Below are positions 21,501 to 31,900 of a DNA stretch of 33,912 nt, piece after piece. The DNA is taken from positions 1 to 33,912 of the forward strand of contig LPNZ01006159.1 in assembly GCA_001655205.1 (NCBI GenBank). Reading direction: 5' to 3'. The DNA comes from Lenisia limosa (taxonomy: Eukaryota > Protista > Breviatea). The notes below the pieces were generated by a model. That model was not told the DNA's origin and ran no database searches. It saw nothing but the letters and a program-made list of their open reading frames with translations. Position numbers and translations under genes: made by a program. The number at the start of each line of letters is the position of its first letter. Position 1 is the first letter of the stretch.

Positions 21501-24500
21501 AGAGAAGCATTTGATATGTTTATGAAAAAGTGTTATACACCTGTGACAATTGCAGTAACCCACGCGGTACTCGAGATGGTATGGGAAGAAGAAGCTTTCT
21601 TCATAGGTTCGACACTCTGCAAGGACCAATGCTTGTTCTGAATGATAAATCAAAAGTGGTGCAGTGATAGAGTTCCAAACATCTGTGTTTTGTAAAATAT
21701 GATTGCAATCAAGCCCACAGGAAACAACTTAAACCAAGCCTGCAAACCTTGCTTCTTGGTAAGTTTATTATTTTTTGCTGCTTTTGGTGTTGTGTTCACA
21801 ACTGAACTTTCAGTGTCGTTCTGCTGACCCAAAGGCAGTAAAGGCAATCTTCTTGCACCTTGTTGAGCGAGCGGGCCTGGTTTGAAAGCCTCAATTGATG
21901 ACGTGTCACTTCGAGGGGTGTACATGTCCGCTTTTTTCTGCTTCTTGCTCCGAGCTGAGAGGCTAGAAAGGGTCTTGGAAAACCCCTCGTCGTCAACAAC
22001 AGCATTTCGCCGTCGAGTTGTGGATTTGAATGAGCTACTCAGAATGCCTGAGACTTTGACACCGGTGAGGTCGGACACTGAGTTTTGTGCTACAGAGTAA
22101 GTCGAATTCAATTGGACACATATCCGTCTTACGTTGTCATGAATTGCTCCCACTTACTGGCATAATACTCATTCTTTTTGTTGACTTTGTTGTTGTAACT
22201 GAGACGACTATGACGGCTTGATGATTGCATATGTCTGCCAGAATAATGACGAACAGTGAATTGAACAAGAATACCAGATTATTGAATGAGTCATTTTCTA
22301 AAGAAGAGTTTTCAGATACAGTGTATGCGGAATAGTGATACAAATTAAAATGTATTGGCTAAAGAGAAAAGCGAGATATTTTAATACTAATCTTCATTTG
22401 GTGAGTGTTCTGTTGAAAAATGGTTTCTTGTTTCTGTAAAATTGTTTGAGTTGGTATGAAACCGTAACATCAAAAAGTTAATACCCCCCCCCCCCANNNN
22501 NNNNNNNNNNNNNNNNNNNNNNNNNNNNNNNNNNNNNNNNNNNNNNNNNNNNNNATCTTCCGAATCGGAAACTGTGTCGGAGATTTCCTCATCCGAACTA
22601 CCAAAATCATCAGCCACTTCAGCCTCATCTTCCTCATCTCCGTCCAGGAACACAATGCGTTTGGAGTATGACGTGTCACCACGCATGTCAGCCGCCTTCA
22701 TATTGGGTACAACATCCCAGATCTCCAAGTCGCCTACTCCTTTGGCGTGCACGTGACCCGAATATCGAGTTATCCAAAACCCGGAAAGGGAGCGGAGGGG
22801 CTGGATCGAAGAATCAGAGGCTGGAAGTGTATTGAGCCTGGTTGTCACCCCAGGAAGATTGGATCCTGAATCAGGCATTCCAGGAAGGTCATTTAGTTCG
22901 GGCAAGAGGGTCGAAACGAAGACGGGTCCAGTGAGAGTGGACAGTGCAAGGTATTGCATGGTGACAGACGAGATTTGGAATTTGCCATGGGCGGGTGTTG
23001 TTTCGTTTTCAGACTGAAATATTAAATCTGACTCGAGTGAAGAATTCAAAATGTTTCTTTCAAATTGACGATGATCAGTGGACATACCACAATGGTGCTT
23101 GCCACTCGTGAAGCAATGTTAATAGCAGCCCCCACTACACACCAGTGGAACGTTGTCAGTCCTGTGTTGTGTCATGGTTGAAGGAAACTGATGTATTTCA
23201 GGCAGAATATCGAGGAAAAGATAAGACCAAATTTCCCCCCTCACCAAGTACTCCCGCCACTACGGAGCCTGAATGAGCCCCTATTTTGACGCAAAGCTTC
23301 GGGTTATCAGAAAACTTCCTGAGGACCAGGGACCCTAGGGTGATTGCTGCCACTGCGCCTGCGTCAGATTGCTGAATCGTCAAATCATGCATGATTTGGG
23401 GTACAAAATAATCATACTATATTATGTATTATACCTAGCTACGTAACACAATGGTCAACTGGTTCATCTTGGATTGATATCCCCCTCACAGTCAGAGATT
23501 GCTCTTCGTCTACAAACTTTCCTGAAAGATCAATAATCTAGAAATAAACGATTTATGTTTTACTATTGTCAATTTATTTTACAATCTTGGTATTTCCGAA
23601 AGATATATTGAGACCCCCCCCCCCCNNNNNNNNNNNNNNNNNNNNNNNNNNNNNNNNNNNNNNNNNNNNNNNNNNNNNNNNNNNNNNNNNNNNNNNNNNN
23701 NNNNNNNNNNNNNNNNCAACCTGCTCGATCTTGTAGCTGAAAAGTGATTGCTTACTCCAATTATTCTTGGATAAACCCATATCTGAATAACATTCATCAA
23801 AGACCAGAGACTATTTTTCCAACACTGACATCACCCCAACCCACCAGTTATGCACAGCAATGAGGCGGTCAAAGTCTGCCAAAGTTCTTTCAATAAGGCC
23901 CACCAGTCCATTTGGTTGGTCCGGGGATATCGCGGTTTGGTCCAGACCCAGCTGGAGTGTCAGGTATTGAAAAGGACTGAAGATCAAAATAGAATAGAAT
24001 ACTTCCAAGACTAGACTCACATCGACAAAAACAATGGTCACATCAGGGAAGTTGTCAATGGGTAAGTCCCTTCGTCCATTCTAAAAAGACAAAGTAAGCA
24101 AGGGCGCAACGTGCAAATTAGAACAGCTGGATAGCATCATTGGGACGTCATCGCAGACATTAAAGCCTATCTTCTCATCCCCTTATGTCACATTCTCACC
24201 GTTCGCAAGTGGCCAAGAACATGGTGCGGAAGCATTGTGGAAAGAATATTTTCTGTTAACAATAAAGCTAGGCAAGGCAAAACATCAACAGTAAAAGAAA
24301 TAGGCAAACCTATTCTTGAACTTTCCCTTTGAAGCCTTAAGGAGGTAATGACTTCGCTCTGAAACATTTACCGAAATTTTTTTCAGTATGTTTCATTTTT
24401 AAATCAACACCCTGGTAACAGTAGATATTCGGACCAAAGTGAAGGTCTAATAAGTACATTATTTTCTTCTACTCCGACTGAATAACCCAATAAGTACGGA

Positions 24501-26200
24501 CCTTCAAAACAGCATCCCGGTCAGTCTGTAGACGACAGAGCACAATGTACATTACAGTAGCAAGAGGAAGAAGAAGAATGTCAACCCTATTTAGGGTTAA
24601 AAAGAACAAAAGACACCAAGTCAAGCAAAGATCACAAACAGTTTTTTAAGAGTATTTTGTGTGAAAGACAAGATTCTTATAATATTATGTTATCTTGCAG
24701 CTTACTTGGCCTTTGCAATGACAATGCTGATGTAGTACGCGATGATGATGAGAAAGGCCATAATTCGACTGTTTCTTGCCGGCATCATGTCGAAACCCAC
24801 TGCAATATCAGTTCATAACTGCTTCTATTAATGTATGTAAATCAGAATTACAATGTGTCTTCTAAGAATACTCAAAAAAACTTCAAGATGCGGGATTACA
24901 GATAAAAAGAGATATAGAAAAATATTACAAGTTATATATTGTCCAGAAAGTCCCCTCAGACTTATACTGCAAATTGACACGGTCACAAGGCTCTGACTGT
25001 AGAATGTCGAGAAATGAAACATCTTCGAGACAAAGGCCATAGCAAAGGAAAAACTGATCATCATCTGCGTGCAAACTACATTGTTATCAAGGTTACTGCT
25101 TTGTGGGAGGTTAAAAATGAATAAGAAGTGTAATGAAGTGAGATCATTAGAACATTCTAGAAATAAAGGGCTACATTCAAAGAAGAGCCTAATGACCTAA
25201 AGGAACAACCCAAGGCATCTTAAACAAGCAACACCCACTGAAGACGGCAGCGGCAAGCCATGGAACGTGTGTGGAGAGGTGCCAGTATGAAGGTCTAATA
25301 CGCAAGTCTATTGGGTCAACGGGGAGGGGGGGTATTTTTGCGCATCCAGAATGGAATTCATCCTTATTCATACCTGATGCCTTTTCAGTAATTTCGATAT
25401 TGCGCGTTATGTTCTCCTTTTGGAAGACTGGGGCGTAGATTTTAGACGCAATCTGAAGAAAAAGGTGACACGAAAGAATTTAATGAAGAAACGAGTGCAT
25501 CTAGAGACCGGCGGGGTTATGGACAAAATGTTCCACTTTTTTTCAAATTTGTGAATTGAAAGTATCTTCTAAAAAATCCTCACATTTCCCCAGCATACCA
25601 TTGATAGAAAAAGCTGAAAAAGTCCAGATGCAGTAAATCCAAAAATAGCAATCTAAAGGTGAGTTCTGGTAAATGAAAAGAAGTTGCTTTTTCTTCTTGT
25701 TTTTCTTGTTTTTGTATTTTTGAGAAAAGAAAACATATTCCACAATCTATGAGCACAAAACTTCATGTCGCAAGTTTAGATAAGTCAGTTGGCTTTCCAA
25801 ACATAATGTCAACCTCCCGACACTATTCAAAATAAATCCAAGGTTGTGCGTGGGAAAATGTTGAGAAAGTTAAGGGGGGAGGACAGTGTCAGTGGTGAAA
25901 GTGTTTATCGCACTCCCTACCTTTTCTGCCAACTTCATTTCGAGACCAAGGTAAAGCTCAGCTAAGGGAAACATGATTATCCCCACGAAGTACATGAGGG
26001 TCCCGACCTAAGTGATAATTTAGGGGAAGACAACTGTGGGGTGGGGGGGGGGGATACTCATCTACGCATAACCCATTCATTTCTCATAACCATCCCCACC
26101 TTAGAGTCGAAGAGCTGTCTCCGGGCCTTAGCAACGGCGAGAGACCGGTCCACTGTCGCTCGGTAGCTCTCTGTCGCATCCTTCACCACGGTCATTCCCA
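18575..26200 (-). CDS. Multi-exon membrane class III nucleotide cyclase, likely guanylyl cyclase, with two TM blocks and two cyclase domains. Both ends are approximate.
   Basis: Domain I: VTIVFVD|LGLDQT..LVGLIERTLADFDRLIAVHN|CYKIEQV(gap), LCVKIGAHSGSVVAGVLG|LTTFHWCVVGAAINIASRV, GKFQISSVTMQYL, HAKGVGDLEIWDV. Domain II: SDLVGFTSLSQ..LFRLLNKIVLSIDAIAKKN|RVYRIYTVGDAWV, LSVRVG..VVAGVVGANRPRLLM|WGDGVRLATAAEQ. Hydrophobic exons lie at ~25300-24700 and ~22300-20450, ending AIIFGAYVASNREQLARESF. Confidence 0.85.
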
Positions 26201-26921
26201 GGGGGTTCCGTCACTCGTTGTCAGCAGAACTGTTTCTTAATTGCTGTACAAAGCACAGAAAAGGATCAGAACAGTCGCGAAAGCCCTGCGGGAGCCCTAA
26301 CAATGCCTGCAACGAGATGAACAATGCAACCGGGGTGAAGTGAGTGGTTTCTTCGTAGTTTCGTACCTAATCCACGCAACTACTGTCATTAATTGAGCGT
26401 AGGGTGCGAGGGGGAAGGTCAGAGGAGACACCTTCGGAAGAACATCACGGCTTAAGCTTTATTACTTGCCCTCAACAAGTATATCGATAACACAACTACG
26501 TTATAACGTTATAATGAAAGCAAAATTGTGGAATTTTCGTTAAAACGCCCAGGAAAACCGGGGTTTTATTCGGGTTGATTTCCCCGGTCTTGACAGTTAT
26601 TTCCCAAAGGTCATTGTTTGTCCGGAGGCGTGAGATGTTTCAATTACTATCGTGTCTGCTCTCAGTTGTTTTGTATGTCGATTGGCTGATTGGCTGTTAC
26701 AAGTTTGTATGTTTGCAAGTTTACTAGGTACCAGTGAGGTACCAAGTCACTGTCACTGTCATGCCAAGTCGCAACCAAAGGCACCAACCAAGGTCCATAT
26801 GGTGTGGTGACCTCGTCAATGGATTTGTCCACCTATCATTGTTGCTCAGTTTCGGTACACCTGTGGGATGCAAGACTAATGCAAGAAACGTAGAAACATG
26901 AATAAAAGACCATACAAGAAC

Positions 26922-29900
26922 CTAGGAGAAGTCGACAGAGACCTCCTCAGACGCGCTATCGCACCACATGCGGAACGTCTCCTNNNNNNNNNNNNNNNNN
27001 NNNNNNNNNNNNNNNNNNNNNNNNNNNNNNNNNNNNNNNNNNNNNNNNNNNNNNNNNNNNNNNNNNNNNNNNNNNNNNNNNNNNNNNNNNNNNNNNNNNN
27101 NNNNNNNNNNNNNNNNNNNNNNNNNNNNNNNNNNNNNNNNNNNNNNNNNNTCAGCGCAAATACGGACCACACGGTGGCCCTCGGGAATGCAGGCGTTAGT
27201 GAAGTCAACCTCGTCATCTTCGTCTTCCTCCTCATCATCAACGATCCACTCATCGATCTCCTCCACCTTCGCTCCTTAAGGTGTCATATCAAATAATTAC
27301 AAAGGAAACACACCCAAATAACACCTTATTCCGGACCACACAAAGCCTCCCCCATACCAGCGTCCTTCTCCAAAGCAGTAAGGCCACTCAGGCAGATCTC
27401 AGCAATGGTCTTCTCTTCACCCTCCTCATCTTCATCGTCGTCTTGGCCGTTGAAATACTTCTCACGACGGCTCTCCTCCTCAGCATCTCCTTCAGCAGAC
27501 TCCACAATGTTAACCTGGGGGGGGGGGTAAATTTATGAAGCAACAAAAATAAAGGATACTTTACACAAGAGAGTGGAAAATGGCATTAGACAACATGGTG
27601 AATGGTGAATGAGTTCATATTTCCCAATAAGAATAACCCGAAGCCGAAGGTGAGAGTTTTTCTGTCGCGGAGCTAAAGAGAGCTTTTTCCGCTCGAAAAT
27701 ATATTGGTGGAGTACACGAGTAATGTTTGCGGGAAAAACTCGAGTTAGCGGAGCAGAAGAAGGACCCGAACCTGGAGGCAAGGGTATTTTCGGTTGGAAA
27801 CAACTGTAAGCACAAGGAAAAATCACGGACTCCTTCTTTATTGTATTCAAGAGGGCGACAGAGGGGGGAAGTGCTCTTTTGGAAGGAGCAAGTTCCACCT
27901 TCCATAGTCCATCCAGAATATTTTTTGACCACCCACCATCCATCCGGATCTCTACATTTTTTACATATACTTTCATTTTCTCCATGTGTATTCTCTCAGC
28001 TCCAGAGATTGTTAGTTTTTTTTAGTTTCAGTCTTAAAAATAATGTGTATTTTATTGTAGGTTCTGGCTCTCTTTCGATAGATTGTCTAGGCAGTTTTCT
28101 CGGTAACACTCTGTATTTTCCCGGAGAGTGCGAGTGATTTTCCTGCGATCCCCCCCCCCCTAACAGAAATGGCGTCGGTGTCAATGGCAACTGCGAACTT
28201 GCGGTAGGCCTATGGGGTGAAAACTTCGGGTGGCGGCATGCGCAAGGAGTAAAAGAGTGATACTTCAAAAGGATTATCCAATTAAGTCGTTAATGTAATC
28301 TAAGAGAGGAGCAGACAACAGTAACTCAAACCATATAGAAAGCCACACAGACCTTGAGAGGAAGGGGGGCGCCGCGACCGATGAGGGGCACCCAGCTGTC
28401 CCCGATAGCAACACCCAGGCCGCGAGCTACGGTCTTGGTGGGGAGCTTAGCCTGGGGGGGGGGGGNNNNNNNNNNNNNNNNNNNNNNNNNNNNNNNNNNN
28501 NNNNNNNNNNNNNNNNNNNNNNNNNNNNNNNNNNNNNNNNNNNNNNNNNNNNNNNNNNNNNNNNNNNNNNNNNNNNNNNNNNNNNNNNNNNNNNNNNNNN
28601 NNNNNNNNNNNNNNNNNNNNNNNNNNNNNNNNNNNNNNNNNCATAAGATCAAAAGATCGCCCAAGCCAGGCTGAGCAGCAAACCTGGCATTGGGTCACAA
28701 TTCGGGCCTCCTTCTTGGCTGACTCGGCTGAAACACCGCAATCGGTTCCTAGGGGGTGAAGGAGGAAATGTTTAGGATGGACATTCAGGGAAAAGACCAA
28801 CAGAGAAACGAGAAGCCCATTGTGTGCATATTGGGGAAAAGGTTTTAAAAATATGTTGTTTTTTTGAAAAAAAAATTGTAGTTGAATTTCCACCGGAAAG
28901 CCACCTAAAAAAGGACTCCCAACCGTAATGAAGGTCTCCAGCAAGGACAGCGGCACCCTGGGCTGAGAGCTCCTCGGGGGCCTCAGCAGGCTATACATTG
29001 AGAATGGCAAATAAGGTTGGCTTGGCTGACACCTTCCTCACAATCACGTTTTAACAGAATTATATTGTATGCAGTTTCAACCCATATAGCAGATGCCAAA
29101 CCCCCTTATCTTGATGAATCCACGATAAATATCCCCCAAAACCCGCACATACCTCGAACATGGGGGGCTCTTCGGACTCCTCAAGGAAGGCCTGAATGAC
29201 ATTCTGGAACTTGGGGGTACGGGCGACACCACCAACCAGCACGACGCGGCCGATGTCTACCATTTCGTATTTGGCTGAAGTCAGCAGCTCCATGATGGTC
29301 TGGGGGAGGGAGNNNNNNNNNNNNNNNNNNNNNNNNNNNNNNNNNNNNNNNNNNNNNNNNNNNNNNNNNNNNNNNNNNNNNNNNNNNNNNNNNNNNNNNN
29401 NNNNNNNNNNNNNNNNNNNNNNNNNNNNNNNNNNNNNNNNNNNNNNNNNNNNNNNNNNNNNNNNNNNNNNNNNNNNNNNNNNNNNNNNNNNNNNNNNNNN
29501 NNNNNNNNNNNNNNNNNNNNNNCAGGCAGAGTTTACTCAGAGATTATAGATCATATCATAAGACGTCTTCAGAGTAAAATGAAGCCCCCCACTTGGAAAG
29601 GTTGAAGGACAGATCGTGACCGTCAGCGAAGGCGTCAACCTCAATGCTCTGGCTGGCACGGGTGGTCAGGACTCGACGACACTCCTCAGCAGCAAGGTCA
29701 AGCTGGGGTGAGAGTTAAAGTCAATGGCAAACGAAGGAAGATGATAGTTAGAATAAAAGAAAGGAAACCTAAAACCCCAAAAGAGTGTTATGACTGCCGA
29801 CCTTCATGGCGTTCTTCTTGGAGGGCTCAGACTTAGAGAGGGAAGAAAACTCAGATCTCGCGATCTCAGCAATGGCGTCGTCGAGATGCATACCGGAAAT

Positions 29901-31590
29901 GGCCTTGTCCTCGGCCACTGCGCTGGTGTAANNNNNNNNNNNNNNNNNNNNNNNNNNNNNNNNNNNNNNNNNNNNNNNNNNNNNNNNNNNNNNNNNNNNN
30001 NNNNNNNNNNNNNNNNNNNNNNNNNNNNNNNNNNNNNNNNNNNNNNNNNNNNNNNNNNNNNNNNNNNNNNNNNNNNNNNNNNNAAACCGATAACACACCG
30101 ACTAGGCCAAGTAGTTACACTCTTGCATTAATTTGAGAGGAAATTAATTGACGAAAATTTAAATTAAATTGCCAATAAGCCTCCCCCCCTCCCCGCACCT
30201 GTTGTTGACAATGGCGACACGAGTAGTAGTGGCGCCGGCGTCGACAATAAGAGAGGCCTCGGGGGACAGAGAGCCAGACACTCCACTGGCCTGGGGGGGG
30301 GGGGGGGNNNNNNNNNNNNNNNNNNNNNNNNNNNNNNNNNNNNNNNNNNNNNNNNNNNNNNNNNNNNNNNNNNNNNNNNNNNNNNNNNNNNNNNNNNNNN
30401 NNNNNNNNNNNNNNNNNNGGTACTAATCACGAAACGAACAATCTGAAACTCCAAACAAACAAAAAAACAAGCAATAACAAACACGAGCAAACAACGCCAA
30501 CGCTAAAACTAATCCATAACCTAGGCCGGGCTTACGATGGCGGCGGCGGTGAGGGGGTCCACGATTCTGATGCAAGGGCAACCGGCAAGGTCAGCAGCCT
30601 TCTCAAGCGCAGCAGCGCGCGCGGGTGTGGCGTCATCAAGACAGTACACAGCCTGGTGGTGAGGAGGGGGGGGGGGTTGCAAAAGGATTTACTTAGGACC
30701 GAATATGGACAAATACTGCTTGATAGGAACTGTGGGGATGGCAACAACAACCCTCGTACTCCGTGAGGGAACTCTCCAAGGAAAGACTCAGCGGTCAGGG
30801 CAAGATCCTTGATAATCTCAGCAAGAGCCTCGTCTGAACTGTAAAGAACAGATAGCAGACTCCAGAGAAACACAACCTGCTCAGAACATCGCGATGATGA
30901 GTCAGGGATATCCTTAGCCTCCCTGAAGTACAAAATATCTTGATGTATCGATATCAATATTTAGCCAGCCCACAGATAGGAACATGTCTGTCATCAACCA
31001 TGGTTTCGATTCCGTTCTCGCCCATTTGGAGCTCGTGGTTGGTGTGTTGAACGATCTCGTGGACAAGGGGGTCATCGGGACTGCGAGGTGAAGAAACCGC
31101 ATAGAGTGCTATTGTGTCGCAAGCACTGGACATTGTCCTCTCATCCTTGACCAAAAAAGAGTCTCATAAAAAGCTGATTATCGCATTCTCCACCCTCCTA
31201 CGTGCGACCAAGAAGAGCAGGCACATCAGCAATTGTGTGATCAGCATGAAGAGGAAGTTGGTTCTTGGCGGCAAGCCCAACCACAACCTCACCACTGCAA
31301 GAATTAGTTCATGTTTCGAGTGAAAAGAAGAAGATCGCAGAGAAGAAGGTCCAAAGTAAGCCTACGCTGCGTAAGCGACAGAAGATGGAGTTTCACGCTC
31401 TCCATCAGCGTTAGCAACGATCACAGCCTCACCACGACGCCAGACAGCGACACGGCTGTAGGCAGAGCCTGAACACATTACATATATCGCCCTATTTCCC
31501 AATTATCCGCTTAGTAACATAAAATTAGAACCAAATAGCCATCATACCAAGGGAAATACCCACAACAGGAGAGAATCCGTCGTTCACCAT
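26922..31590 (-). CDS. HSPA14: Atypical Hsp70 of the Ssz1/HSPA14 (ribosome-associated complex) type, multi-exon, with several exons partly inside N-gaps
   Basis: MVNDGFSPVVGISL|GSAYSRVAVWRRGEAVIVANADGERETPSSVAY|GEVVVGLAAKNQ..LLGR; AADLAGCPCIRIVDPLTAAAI; LIVDAGATTTRVAIV; ISGMHLDDAIAE; EECRRVLTTRASQSIEVDAFADGHDLSF; VVLVGGVARTPKFQ; PEELSAQGAAVLA; GLGVAIGDSWVPLIGRGAPLPLK. Stop TAG at 26922. All are collinear with the Hsp70 NBD+SBDbeta. The missing GIDLG Asp, acidic SBD insertions and absent lid point to the Ssz1/HSPA14 subfamily. The symbol is a subfamily guess. Confidence 0.85.
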
Positions 31591-31900
31591 TTTTTTCTAT
31601 TCACTTTCGCGAGATTTACAAGTTGCAAAAATAAATGTGTCAAGTACCTTGCAAGGAACAGGACGATAAAGAGGACAGAACTTGGAAAATTTTCGGAGAA
31701 AAGGGGAGATACCTGGGGTGGACAGTGGCAAGAGAGTTGACTTGGAGTTGACAGAGTTCTCTTGTTCTCTTCTCCTCATCATTATGGTCCCTTTGGTAAG
31801 TTTAGGTGCTTGAGTCTTGAAATTACATCACTTCTTGAAATACTATGCTATTTTCGGATTTTCCTCTTTGAAGATAGTCAAGCTCATCACGTTCCACTCA

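Noticed and set aside
23737-23755. Apparent 19-nt GT-AG mini-intron and an alternative exon IWVYPRIIG in the cyclase
   Set aside because: Using only the cag acceptor at 23737 gives the canonical YKIEQV motif in the correct phase. The alternative acceptor creates a stop with the obvious donor.
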